A DNA stretch of 64,000 nt, taken from IMG/VR virus record IMGVR_UViG_3300037461_000428, positions 1-64,000 of that record. One strand, 5' to 3'. The notes beneath the pieces are model-generated. The model saw only the letters and a program-made list of their open reading frames with translations. It was not told the origin of the DNA and ran no database searches. The DNA comes from a virus. Of this stretch, positions 1-7,430 are shown piece by piece. The translations under genes were made by a program, and so were the position numbers. Every line of letters begins with the position of its first letter. Positions within the stretch are counted from its first letter, which is position 1.

Positions 1-2
1 CA

Positions 3-230
3 GCAAAAGGTGGATTATTCAAAGAAGACCTAAGAATACTTAAAGGAAAGCTTTGTAATGAAACACATGAAGAAGCTATTCATCCTGATTCAGATCTAGC
101 TTCAATAGATGGAGTTGGAAAAACAGGTCTAGACTCATCTGATCGTACCGACATAAAAGGATATGATTATCGAACCGATGAGTTCTCTAACCTTAATGAA
201 GGGAACGATATATGTCATGGAGAGGAATAA
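3..230 (+). CDS. hypothetical protein, C-terminal fragment (5' end outside window)
   Basis: Frame 3 is open from the window edge to TAA at 228-230. No motif recognised. Confidence 0.4.
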   Translation, partial: AKGGLFKEDLRILKGKLCNETHEEAIHPDSDLASIDGVGKTGLDSSDRTDIKGYDYRTDEFSNLNEGNDICHGEE

Positions 231-679
231 CTGCGATTAGTTGTGGAGAAAAAGCAATTAAGATGTTCCCGAAATTGTACGATCCCAAAGTTCCAACTCT
301 TACCAAGACTACGGTGTTCGACCAAGAAGGGGGGAAAAAGAGTAAGAGGTGGGAGAGGTTGGAAAATGGCGCAACGATCAAGGAGATTATCAAAGAGTAT
401 GGTAATAATCTTAAGCGCACAAAAGTAAGTACAATTAAAATAAACGGAAAGATAGTAAATGTTACTGATCTTTATTCTTTTGTTGGGAGCGTTTATTGCT
501 TGATGGCAGTCGAAAAGAATCGCAACTCAGACGAAAGAAACATAAGGAGTCTGTTAGTAGTCGGATCAAAGACAGCGAAAGAGTTAGAAATAGCAGAGTA
601 TACGAAAAAGAAAGAGTCTTATTTACCTTTATTTATTTGTGTGAATGGTAGTTCTATTACAATGCTAAATAGCTTGTAA
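212..679 (+). CDS. hypothetical protein
   Basis: 155-aa ORF in the track that overlaps the upstream stop. An internal ATG at 263 is an alternative start. No motif recognised. Confidence 0.45.
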   Translation: MSWRGITAISCGEKAIKMFPKLYDPKVPTLTKTTVFDQEGGKKSKRWERLENGATIKEIIKEYGNNLKRTKVSTIKINGKIVNVTDLYSFVGSVYCLMAVEKNRNSDERNIRSLLVVGSKTAKELEIAEYTKKKESYLPLFICVNGSSITMLNSL

Positions 680-716
680 TAGTGTCTTAAATCCATCTAA
701 ACTCTTAGGAGGTAGT

Positions 717-1328
717 ATGCGTATTGTTAAGGGTGTCCGTATAACGGACAACAGAGGTACAGAAGTTACAGTTGATGGCGTCGTAAGCGACGACAACAAG
801 TATGTGGCGGCAGCAGTGGCACGGTCGTTTGTTACTCCGTGGAAAAAGTCCAGTACAGGCTCAGGAAATGATACCCGTGCAATTGGATTCGGAGACATCC
901 ACATTTTTCGTGCAGAAAAGGTCGAAGAGCTTTCTGACGGAACCTGCACAGCAGATCTTGATCAGATTATCGGCCCGCTTCAGATTCGTGTGAACGAGAT
1001 TGACAAAGGTGCTCTCGGAAAGTCAGTTAGTATCAACAGCTTTCTTGATGACAAGTATGGTATGGGAGAAAATGCCAAACCATACTCGAAGCTGATGCAT
1101 AATACTTCACTTAAAAGTGCGATACTCCATGCAATCGCAATTGCTGGAGAGAACATTGATAGCAAGGAATTCGTCAGCAGAAATTCAATTCTTGCAGCAG
1201 CATCCAAGAAATTCTCTGAACAGGCATACAAGCAGGAAAGTAAAGTGACACAGAAGCCTGCAAAAGAGAAAGAAGTACCCAATCAGGGTATTTCTGAAGA
1301 GTCGGCAGATAGTAATATACCATTTTAA
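717..1328 (+). CDS. hypothetical protein with SSB-tail-like acidic C-terminus
   Basis: 203-aa ORF with AGGAGG just upstream of the ATG. Visibly GC-richer than its neighbours. It ends ...EESADSNIPF, which resembles the acidic D-I-P-F tip of bacterial SSB. Confidence 0.7.
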   Translation: MRIVKGVRITDNRGTEVTVDGVVSDDNKYVAAAVARSFVTPWKKSSTGSGNDTRAIGFGDIHIFRAEKVEELSDGTCTADLDQIIGPLQIRVNEIDKGALGKSVSINSFLDDKYGMGENAKPYSKLMHNTSLKSAILHAIAIAGENIDSKEFVSRNSILAAASKKFSEQAYKQESKVTQKPAKEKEVPNQGISEESADSNIPF

Positions 1329-1548
1329 TCCAACGTCTCTCGCGTTGGATCGAACAGTAAGTGACTGAACACCTGCTCGTTTGGTTGCTCACTGTTCATC
1401 GATTTGTCTAGACGAAAAAGGGGCTGATGACAACGACACAATAAAGGCACTGAAAAGTGTAATGTGTCCTTAACTGGCGTAATGGCGTTGACAACCTACT
1501 AGACATTAACTTTGTAAGTATTGGAGTGTGTGAAATTCCACTCGAAAA

Positions 1549-1582
1549 GGGGATGGAACCGAAAGGTTCTGTCCCTTTTTTT
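1549..1582 (+). terminator. intrinsic terminator-like hairpin
   Basis: GGGGATGGAACC gaaa GGTTCTGTCCC followed by TTTTTTT. Confidence 0.7.
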
Positions 1583-1611
1583 ATTTGCTAACATAGCAGA
1601 ATAGAAACAAA

Positions 1612-1800
1612 ATGAAAATTAAAAATATTGAAAAGTGTCTTAATTATTTTCGGAAACATTCAAGACAATGTGATACTTTGCGCGAAGCCGAAAAAGAATT
1701 AAATGCATTAATAACCGCTCTTGTAGCAAAACAAACATGCCCATACTCCTACGTTAATTATATTTGTTGTGTCAATGATGAAGATTTTCCACAAGAATAG
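1612..1800 (+). CDS. hypothetical protein
   Basis: 62-aa ORF in the track, AT-rich like the backbone. No motif recognised. Confidence 0.5.
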   Translation: MKIKNIEKCLNYFRKHSRQCDTLREAEKELNALITALVAKQTCPYSYVNYICCVNDEDFPQE

Positions 1801-1846
1801 TTATTTATTTTTACTTTTTATGATCTATTTAATTTAAGGAGAATAG

Positions 1847-2047
1847 ATGGAAAAAGAAAAATTAATACAAATTGCAATAGAAAGAAAAGAATTCACTTAT
1901 TTAGAAGATGGATTCCTGTATTGGTTTCCATCAAATAAAGGTGGTGTGTCCTCATGGCAGTTAAGAGCCATCGCAGATTATCTTGATGAGAAAAACAAAC
2001 AGTGGGAAAAACAAATAAGTGAATATTTTAGCATTAACAAGATTTAA
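1847..2047 (+). CDS. hypothetical protein
   Basis: 66-aa ORF with AAGGAG 6 nt upstream of the ATG. Confidence 0.6.
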   Translation: MEKEKLIQIAIERKEFTYLEDGFLYWFPSNKGGVSSWQLRAIADYLDEKNKQWEKQISEYFSINKI

Positions 2048-2063
2048 TTTTATATAAACTCTC

Positions 2064-2093
2064 TTGAATCTTCGCGCAGCGCGCTCGATTCAA
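2064..2093 (+). terminator. GC-rich hairpin, possible terminator
   Basis: TTGAATC ... GATTCAA with an inner GCGC/GCGC stem. T-rich tract follows 10-20 nt downstream, not immediately. Confidence 0.4.
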
Positions 2094-2137
2094 ACCGAGT
2101 TTTCGTTTTTATTAAATTAATAAGAAAAGGAAAAAAA

Positions 2138-2239
2138 ATGATAAGTATTATTTCAATGTTAGTAGCAGTAATATCAGCAGTAGCAATAGGTTTTTTATTT
2201 GGCTGGTGGTTTTTCGATAACAATAGATTAAAGGAATAA
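2138..2239 (+). CDS. small hydrophobic (single-TM) peptide, 33 aa
   Basis: ATG preceded by AAAAGGAAAAAAA. Translation MISIISMLVAVISAVAIGFLFGWWFFDNNRLKE. Below the ORF-track size cutoff. Confidence 0.45.
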   Translation: MISIISMLVAVISAVAIGFLFGWWFFDNNRLKE

Positions 2240-2241
2240 AT

Positions 2242-2475
2242 ATGTTTTCAGTTACCCAAAAAAGAGCAATATCAGATGCAGTACAAAAAATCCTAAGAGA
2301 TACATGTCACCCTGAGCTTCCTGAAGGCGAGATTCAATTTCATCTTCATGTGGATGGAGCAGAGTCGTGGTCATGGGCGGACATAAATAATAATGGAACC
2401 GTATTAAATCCAGGAGTAAATCCTTACAACGAAAGAGTTGCTGAAGACATGTTAAAATATCAAAAGAAGGAGTAG
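2242..2475 (+). CDS. hypothetical protein
   Basis: 77-aa ORF in the track, tightly packed with its neighbours. Confidence 0.6.
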   Translation: MFSVTQKRAISDAVQKILRDTCHPELPEGEIQFHLHVDGAESWSWADINNNGTVLNPGVNPYNERVAEDMLKYQKKE

Positions 2476-2478
2476 TAA

Positions 2479-2685
2479 GTGAAAGAGAATATTGATAAGG
2501 TAGTCGAAGGCTCACTTAAGGTGAGGAAAGAAACTCTAGAGAGACTATTTCGTCTTTTAAGCAAATCCGGCAGAGCATTAATATTTATTAGTTTTGCATC
2601 GATTATCGCAATTATAGCATTTTTAATTGGATCCAAAATTAAAGAAAAGGAAGACGATAAAATTCTTCGTCATTTTCATATATGA
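2479..2685 (+). CDS. hypothetical membrane protein
   Basis: 68-aa ORF with a GTG start 6 nt after AAGGAG. Central hydrophobic stretch ALIFISFASIIAIIAFLIG. Confidence 0.5.
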   Translation: MKENIDKVVEGSLKVRKETLERLFRLLSKSGRALIFISFASIIAIIAFLIGSKIKEKEDDKILRHFHI

Positions 2686-3308
2686 GAAAAGAATTTTTAG
2701 AATTTACCTGCACTAAAGAATGCCCATATACTTCTACTTGCTGTCGATTGCCCACTGAAGTAATCAAGCATGAAGGTAGAGAAGGAATAGATATTTTAAT
2801 ATTTGGACAAGGAGCCGGTAAAGACGAAGCAAAAATTGGTCGATGTTTTGTGGGTCGAAGTGGAAAATATATGAGAAGTATAATCAAATCTCTTTGGGAT
2901 AATCCAGAGGTCGGTCCTTTTAATATAGCTTTAACAAATAATGTAAGATTTAGACCAGAAGACGAAAATGGAAAAGACAGAATGCCAACCGCAGAAGAGA
3001 TATCTAGATGCATAACTCATTTACATAGAGATATTGCTCAACTTAATCCAAAGGTTATTGTGCCAGTTGGTAAAAATGCAACTTTATCAATATTAAATAC
3101 GTCGCCAACTTTTTTAAATGTTTCAATAGCTACTATGATTTCTCTGAGAGGAAACGTATTTACTAATACTAACGGAATAAAAAGGACTGTTATTCCTACT
3201 TGGCACCCGTCTTTTTTGTGTCGTCAATATGGGGGGTTTGATCCAACAAAGAATAACAAATACGACAAAGAGTTTATTGCAGATATCCTCAAAGCATTGG
3301 AGTGTTAG
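2682..3308 (+). CDS. uracil-DNA glycosylase, family 4-like
   Basis: GQGAGKDEAKIGRCFVGRSGKYM matches the GEAPG..E...G.PFVG.AG motif. TWHPSFLCR matches the HPS motif. N-terminal Cys cluster CTKECPYTSTCC. Confidence 0.75.
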   Translation: MRKEFLEFTCTKECPYTSTCCRLPTEVIKHEGREGIDILIFGQGAGKDEAKIGRCFVGRSGKYMRSIIKSLWDNPEVGPFNIALTNNVRFRPEDENGKDRMPTAEEISRCITHLHRDIAQLNPKVIVPVGKNATLSILNTSPTFLNVSIATMISLRGNVFTNTNGIKRTVIPTWHPSFLCRQYGGFDPTKNNKYDKEFIADILKALEC

Positions 3309-3623
3309 ATGAATAAAAATCTACGTAAAGCCATATTAAAAAGTATTGAGCATTGGCATCAGAATCTTGATATGTTAATATTGAACAACCTTAGTAATCA
3401 CTATCTTATAGATGATATAAGTATACTTGGAGAAGATTGTGCTTTATGTATATATTTGCATAGTTTGTGTTGTGATTGTCCATTATATGATAATTATAAA
3501 TGGAATTGTTGTAAAGAATATCAATCTGTAATTAATTGGTATTATGGTAATCATCGTACATATACTATTGGTTATAAAGTTATAAGTGTGATGCTTGAGA
3601 AACTTTATAGTTTATTAGATTAA
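3309..3623 (+). CDS. hypothetical Cys-rich protein
   Basis: 104-aa ORF whose ATG abuts the upstream stop. Confidence 0.55.
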   Translation: MNKNLRKAILKSIEHWHQNLDMLILNNLSNHYLIDDISILGEDCALCIYLHSLCCDCPLYDNYKWNCCKEYQSVINWYYGNHRTYTIGYKVISVMLEKLYSLLD

Positions 3624-3788
3624 TATAACTTGGTAGTATGCTTAGAAGTAGCAAGCTTTAATGAGTAGAGTGATACTGCCACTACCCACGGGGGCTATTC
3701 TTAATAATAGAGAATGTGCTAGGGTGGGAGTGGATAAACAGATCAACCTTAATAGGGCTCTTTTGGTGTAATAACACGCCAAGTTATA
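3624..3788 (+). ncRNA. candidate structured RNA (unknown family)
   Basis: No ORF. Closing stem TATAACTTGG/CCAAGTTATA. Inner stems GGTAGTAT/ATACTGCC, GCTT/AAGC and CCACTACCCA/TGGGAGTGG. Confidence 0.3.
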
Positions 3789-3799
3789 TTTAATATCAT

Positions 3800-3847
3800 A
3801 CAACTATCAAAGGTTGCCATTAAAACGGCAACCTTTTGTTTAGTTGT
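3800..3847 (+). repeat. boundary hairpin of cassette array A (attC-like, also terminator-like)
   Basis: ACAACTA-TC-AAAGGTTGCC loop GGCAACCTTTT-GTT-TAGTTGT. Near-identical copies at 10429 and 23251. Confidence 0.8.
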
Positions 3848-3900
3848 AGTCAATGCTGCGCCTCTCTGAATTTATAGGCGCGGCCAAGAAAGGAATAACA

Positions 3901-4158
3901 ATGTCAACATGTCAATCGTGTGGTGGAATTATCGGTCGAGATTGTTTTAATCCTGAAGAGTGTGCTTGGATTACTCAGCAACAGGCCAACCAATGCGAGG
4001 CCGCGCAGTACAACGCGGAAGAGGCACAGCACAGCCTACAACAGCTAAAGGCTGAAATTGCCACTCTTGTCGATAAACTTGAGGCTATTTCGGCGGAGTA
4101 TTTATATCACCATAATTATGTAATTATTAATAAGCTGCGGCAACTATCAGCCGTTTAG
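3901..4158 (+). CDS. small cassette protein (Cys-rich N-terminus, coiled-coil-like)
   Basis: ATG after AAGAAAGGAATAACA. It ends ...LRQLSAV like the paralog at 12184-12528. The track ORF starts at 3853. Confidence 0.6.
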   Translation: MSTCQSCGGIIGRDCFNPEECAWITQQQANQCEAAQYNAEEAQHSLQQLKAEIATLVDKLEAISAEYLYHHNYVIINKLRQLSAV

Positions 4159-4168
4159 CAAACGTTGG
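4038..4168 (+). repeat. attC-like imperfect hairpin (E-element)
   Basis: 5' arm ACAAC-AGC-TAAAG-GCTG. 3' arm CAGCC-GTTTAGC-AAAC-GTTGG. Long loop that contains the ORF end. Confidence 0.6.
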
Positions 4169-4200
4169 TTGCAATGTTTGCACACAAGAAAGGTTAATAT

Positions 4201-4434
4201 ATGGCGGCATTTAACGAGTGGTGGGAAGAGGCGCGTGAAGCATTAGCAGGATTTACCGACAAGGGAGTCGCTCATTTTGCGTGGGATGCCGCCATTAAGA
4301 GCTTGGAAGGTGTGCAAACACAGACAACCAACTGCCAAAGTGCGCCATGTCCTGTCTGCTCAACAGCATTACGGCTTGATGCAAATTTTTGTATGCAATG
4401 CGGCAGACGAGTACAGGACGAGGCGCACGTTTAG
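4201..4434 (+). CDS. small cassette protein, zinc-ribbon-like
   Basis: 77-aa ORF with RBS AGAAAGG. CPVC...CMQC pairs. Confidence 0.65.
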   Translation: MAAFNEWWEEAREALAGFTDKGVAHFAWDAAIKSLEGVQTQTTNCQSAPCPVCSTALRLDANFCMQCGRRVQDEAHV

Positions 4435-4447
4435 CAAACGTTGGTGG
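4324..4447 (+). repeat. attC-like imperfect hairpin (E-element)
   Basis: ACAACCAAC-TGCC-AAAG-TGCGCC ... GGCGCAC-GTTTAGCAAAC-GTTGGTGG. Distal stem GTGCGCC/GGCGCAC. Confidence 0.75.
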
Positions 4448-4482
4448 CAATTACGCCGCCGACAATTTATAGGAGCGCGATA

Positions 4483-4722
4483 ATGAGCACAGACTGGAGT
4501 GCTGCTAAGTATCGAAGAGAAGCCAAGCGGGAACCTGCGCGTCTTAAATTTTGGTTGCAGTATCACGATGACATCGACAGGGCAAGTAGAGATGTTTGCG
4601 ATAACCCGCCTGGCTTTGACGAATACTGGAGGCAGATGTTTCCTAACGCAAAAAGATATCGCGCTCAGCAGATTATTGAGCGGCGGCGCAACAGCCACCA
4701 ACACGCAAAGGGAATGAAATAA
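4483..4722 (+). CDS. small basic cassette protein
   Basis: ATG after TATAGGAGCGCGATA. The track ORF starts further upstream at 4441. Confidence 0.6.
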   Translation: MSTDWSAAKYRREAKREPARLKFWLQYHDDIDRASRDVCDNPPGFDEYWRQMFPNAKRYRAQQIIERRRNSHQHAKGMK

Positions 4723-4854
4723 TGCTTTACACTATTGTAATTTTATCGGTCGTCTGTGCCGTTTTACTCGGCATAGTAATATGGGGCATTTTCTTTTTAT
4801 CGAAGTTTGGTAATTGGAGATAGCGCATTACTTCACCCTTTTGCGGAACGTTGT
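4698..4854 (+). repeat. attC-like imperfect hairpin (E-element) with a mini-ORF in the loop
   Basis: CCAAC-ACGC-AAAGGG ... CCCTTTT-GCG-GAAC-GTTGT. The middle box is CGC/GCG here but TGC/GCA in other copies, which is a compensatory change. Confidence 0.7.
4722..4823 (+). CDS. small hydrophobic peptide, 33 aa
   Basis: The ATG overlaps the upstream TAA. Translation MLYTIVILSVVCAVLLGIVIWGIFFLSKFGNWR. Lies inside the loop of hairpin 4698-4854. Confidence 0.45.
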   Translation: MLYTIVILSVVCAVLLGIVIWGIFFLSKFGNWR

Positions 4855-4886
4855 ACGCAATAATTTGCTTAAGAAAGGTTTGATAT

Positions 4887-5105
4887 ATGGCCGCAAAAAG
4901 AAGCATCACTTGTATTAAACGAGATGTATGTATCTACCACATTGGACATAAATTTCCTGCCTGTAGTGGTTGCGGCCATTACATTAAGGAAACGCAAATT
5001 ACAGCGCACAACTGCCAAAGTACGCCGTGTTGTTCAGAGTGTGGTAGCACTTGTGTTTTAGTAATGTGTAATACTTGTGGTCATCGACATTGTTATTTAA
5101 AATAG
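4887..5105 (+). CDS. small Cys-rich cassette protein
   Basis: 72-aa ORF with RBS AAGAAAGG. Multiple CxxC pairs. Confidence 0.65.
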   Translation: MAAKRSITCIKRDVCIYHIGHKFPACSGCGHYIKETQITAHNCQSTPCCSECGSTCVLVMCNTCGHRHCYLK

Positions 5106-5131
5106 CACGGCGCACGTTTAGCAACCGTTGT
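5004..5131 (+). repeat. attC-like imperfect hairpin (E-element)
   Basis: GCGCACAAC-TGCC-AAAG-TACGCCGTG ... CACGGCGCAC-GTTTAGCAAC-CGTTGT. Confidence 0.75.
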
Positions 5132-5308
5132 AAGAAATAAATTTTGCTCTTTTAAATTATAAAGGCGCGGCGAACATTGCACGATCTAATTAATCGTGCG
5201 GTCAAATGCTGGTTAATTGCACAGGATATTGCCAGAGGTGTGATCGTGAACTGTGTACGAAGATCACCCCGCGCCTAATTTATTGTAGCAAAATTTACAT
5301 CTTACAAC
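5127..5308 (+). repeat. non-coding cassette closed by a long terminal stem (R-type)
   Basis: GTTGTAAGAAATAAATTTTGCT pairs with AGCAAAATTTACATCTTACAAC (20 of 22 positions). Inner stem AAAGGCGCGG/CCGCGCCT. No ORF of 60 aa or more. Confidence 0.7.
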
Positions 5309-5362
5309 AGCTAAAGGAATGCAACGCCAAAATTGGCGTAGCATCCGTTTAGCAAACGTTGG
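5304..5362 (+). repeat. compact attC-like hairpin (E-element)
   Basis: ACAAC-AGC-TAAAG-GAATGC [ACGCC..GGCGT] GCATCC-GTTTAGCAAAC-GTTGG. No coding content. Confidence 0.75.
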
Positions 5363-5418
5363 TTGCAATAAACCACCATGAATATTATAGTTCGGCGCAC
5401 AATAAAGGAGGTTGCCGC

Positions 5419-5634
5419 ATGAAAATAAAACAGATTACCGATCAGCATCGCAGAGATTTTTCAGCTATTTATATTTGCGAACATTGTGGTGTCGAAGAAA
5501 AAGGTAGTGGATATGATGATGATAATTTTCACCGCAATGTTATTCCTAATAAAGTTTGCAAATCATGCGGCAAAAAAGCACCGGAAGATTATTGTCCTAT
5601 CGGCACAAAATATCCTGCATACGCAGTTGTATAA
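5419..5634 (+). CDS. small zinc-ribbon cassette protein
   Basis: ATG after AAAGGAGG. CEHC...CKSC pairs. The gene is bracketed by the inverted repeat TTCGGCGCACAA (5391) / TTGTATAATGCGCCGAA (5627). Confidence 0.65.
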   Translation: MKIKQITDQHRRDFSAIYICEHCGVEEKGSGYDDDNFHRNVIPNKVCKSCGKKAPEDYCPIGTKYPAYAVV

Positions 5635-5670
5635 TGCGCCGAATTAAAATTAAGGATTGGTGGTTTACAT

Positions 5671-5724
5671 CAACCAACACGCAAGTCACGCCATAGAAGC
5701 GGCGTGAACTTGCGGACACGTTGT
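5671..5724 (+). repeat. compact attC-like hairpin (E-element)
   Basis: CAACCAAC-ACGC-AAGTCACGCC loop GGCGTGAACTT-GCG-GACAC-GTTGT. Confidence 0.75.
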
Positions 5725-5772
5725 AGTCAATTCCGGTTTTGAAAACCTTTTATTATAGGAGCGCGCAAGAAA

Positions 5773-6045
5773 ATGAAATTATTAAACGATATCAACATTG
5801 TTGTGTCTAACAATTTTATTGAACTTATGGCATTAAAAGCTGAGTCGGATGGTATGCTTTCTGAAAATTATCAACGGATGGCATTATCACAAAGTATGGC
5901 GTATGCAGAAAAAGATTTTCTTTACGTAGCGGATAGAATGCGCGCTCTGAAATATGATGAAGCAAAACCGGAACAGCCTACAACAACGCAAGGCCAAAAC
6001 GCCCAAAGCGGCGCATCGGCCTTGCGTAAACGTTGTAAGAAATAA
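5773..6045 (+). CDS. small cassette protein
   Basis: 90-aa ORF, ATG after TATAGGAGCGCGCAAGAAA. Translation runs through the whole hairpin 5980-6036. Confidence 0.6.
   Translation: MKLLNDINIVVSNNFIELMALKAESDGMLSENYQRMALSQSMAYAEKDFLYVADRMRALKYDEAKPEQPTTTQGQNAQSGASALRKRCKK
5980..6036 (+). repeat. compact attC-like hairpin (E-element)
   Basis: ACAAC-AACGCAAGGCC loop GGCCTTGCGT-AAAC-GTTGT. Confidence 0.75.
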
Positions 6046-6171
6046 GACTTGCTTTTATGATTATAAGCGGCAAAGTTTCTTTGGGTGTAGATTTTAAAAA
6101 CCTCCGCACGGATGCTACTGAACGTGTGGTTTGCAACTTACATTATGGAGGCAAGTCTTACATCTTACAAC
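6032..6171 (+). repeat. non-coding cassette closed by a long terminal stem (R-type)
   Basis: GTTGTAAGAAATAAGACTTGC pairs with GCAAGTCTTACATCTTACAAC. The variable hexamer covaries relative to 5127 and 10472. Confidence 0.7.
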
Positions 6172-6265
6172 AAATAAAACCTGCAATGCCGCCTGTCCAC
6201 CTATTAGGACTGGATCGCTTTAAATGCGGCGTGCGGCGGCAAAGCAGGTGTTTATCGGACGTTGT
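6167..6265 (+). repeat. attC-like imperfect hairpin (E-element)
   Basis: ACAAC-AAATAAAA-CCTGCAATGCCGCC ... GGCGGCAAAGCAGG-TGTTTATCGGAC-GTTGT. Confidence 0.65.
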
Positions 6266-6307
6266 ACGCAATGCCACTTTAAATTAGATGCGGCGGGAGG
6301 TGTTAAA

Positions 6308-6580
6308 ATGGTTTTCTCATGTCCAAAGTGTCACGGTGCAATATATCCGTCAGATAATGTTGACTATTACGATTGCGAAGATTGTCATCACTTGTATCAT
6401 ATCGAATATTTAAAAGGTTTTGTTGCAGGTAAAATGTCCGCCGCAAAAGCGATGGAACAAAGTGGCACAGCGCACAACACGCAAAGTGACGGCATGTTTA
6501 ACTGTCCACCATTATGCCCTGTCTGTGGTCGATGTCATGTGCCATCAATAGAGTGTTTGCCATTACTGAGTATCAGTTAA
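6308..6580 (+). CDS. small Cys-rich cassette protein (two zinc-ribbon-like units)
   Basis: ATG after GGGAGGTGTTAAA. CPKC..CEDC and CPVCGRC motifs. The track ORF 6224 begins upstream, inside the preceding hairpin. Confidence 0.6.
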   Translation: MVFSCPKCHGAIYPSDNVDYYDCEDCHHLYHIEYLKGFVAGKMSAAKAMEQSGTAHNTQSDGMFNCPPLCPVCGRCHVPSIECLPLLSIS

Positions 6581-6608
6581 ACACGACCGCACGTTTGCGG
6601 AACGTTGT
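6470..6608 (+). repeat. attC-like imperfect hairpin (E-element)
   Basis: GCGCACAAC-ACGC-AAAG-TGACGG ... CCGCAC-GTTT-GCG-GAAC-GTTGT. Confidence 0.7.
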
Positions 6609-6634
6609 TTGCAATTGCAATTGAGGAAAAATAT

Positions 6635-6829
6635 ATGATAGTCGAGCTTGCACAAGAAGCGGCAGAGTTAATCAAAGTGTATCGTGATAAAAATATTGTA
6701 ATTGATAACTGGCAGTATAGGGTGCAAGCTCTATTAATTGCAGTAGCTCAATTGCAACAGACAAACAACTCGCAAAGGAATGCAATGGCGGTCGAGCCGA
6801 GTACGGTAAACGAGCAATCGTTTCATTGA
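6635..6829 (+). CDS. small cassette protein
   Basis: ATG after GAGGAAAAATAT. 64 aa. Confidence 0.55.
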   Translation: MIVELAQEAAELIKVYRDKNIVIDNWQYRVQALLIAVAQLQQTNNSQRNAMAVEPSTVNEQSFH

Positions 6830-6894
6830 GCAAGCTCAGTGGCACACGTAAGATCGTGTGGTGTCCGCCACTGCATCCATTTGCGGGACGTTGT
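6765..6894 (+). repeat. attC-like imperfect hairpin (E-element)
   Basis: ACAAC-TCGC-AAAG-GAATGCAATGGCGG ... CCGCCACTGCATCC-ATTT-GCG-GGAC-GTTGT. Confidence 0.75.
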
Positions 6895-6928
6895 ACGCAA
6901 TGCCACTTTAAATTGAAAGGAGTTTGCC

Positions 6929-7138
6929 ATGTTACAAGAGGTAATTGATTTTCTTGACCATCAATTTTCAATGAAAGACGCAACAATTTTATACCGTGAC
7001 CAATGGCAAACTCTGAAATCTGCGGTACTTGCGGCACAGCCAACCAACTGCCAAAGTGCGCCATGTTCTTTTTGCGGCAGAGCGGTTACGGTTCAATTTC
7101 CGATATGTTTTGAGTGCCGTGGTAAAATTCATGATTAA
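6929..7138 (+). CDS. small zinc-ribbon cassette protein
   Basis: 69-aa ORF, ATG after GAAAGGAGTTTGCC. CSFC...CFEC pairs. Confidence 0.65.
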   Translation: MLQEVIDFLDHQFSMKDATILYRDQWQTLKSAVLAAQPTNCQSAPCSFCGRAVTVQFPICFECRGKIHD

Positions 7139-7164
7139 CAAGGCGCACGTTTAGCGACCGTTGT
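7041..7164 (+). repeat. attC-like imperfect hairpin (E-element)
   Basis: CAACCAAC-TGCC-AAAG-TGCGCC ... GGCGCAC-GTTTAGCGAC-CGTTGT. Paralogous to 4324 and 5004. Confidence 0.75.
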
Positions 7165-7199
7165 ACGCAATTGTAAATTTTAAACAGGAGTATTATAAT

Positions 7200-7430
7200 A
7201 TGCTCGCTCAACCATGCCCTTTTTGTGGTAGCAGTATTAGAATCTTTGACAATGTAGGAGGCCAGTGCGTTACTCATAAACACGATACCTGCTGTTTGAG
7301 TCACATGGTATTTAGATTGCGGTCATGGAATGAGCGAGCAAACGCTGTGGAAGAAAATTTACAACAGCGCACAACACAGCAAGGCACACAAGCCGCAAAA
7401 GAAAAAGACGCGGCCAGCGGCCATTGCTGA
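7200..7430 (+). CDS. small cassette protein (CPFC motif)
   Basis: ATG after CAGGAGTATTATAAT. In this gene the conserved GCGCACAAC arm is read as R-T-T, not as A-H-N. Confidence 0.6.
   Translation: MLAQPCPFCGSSIRIFDNVGGQCVTHKHDTCCLSHMVFRLRSWNERANAVEENLQQRTTQQGTQAAKEKDAASGHC

Noticed and set aside
4850-4890. GTTGTACGCAAT as a sigma70-type promoter repeated before every cassette gene.
   Set aside because: The TTGTAC/TTGCAA-like hexamers are not followed by a -10-like hexamer at 16-18 nt spacing, and the distance to the RBS is only about 15-30 nt. A phage-specific RNA polymerase promoter cannot be excluded.
6057-6287. Track ORFs 6057-6287, 10509-10715 and 10535-10747 as proteins.
   Set aside because: They share only the residues encoded by the conserved R-type terminal stem (LHYG..YILQQ). 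They lack an RBS. The stem shows compensatory base changes, which is typical of structure rather than coding.
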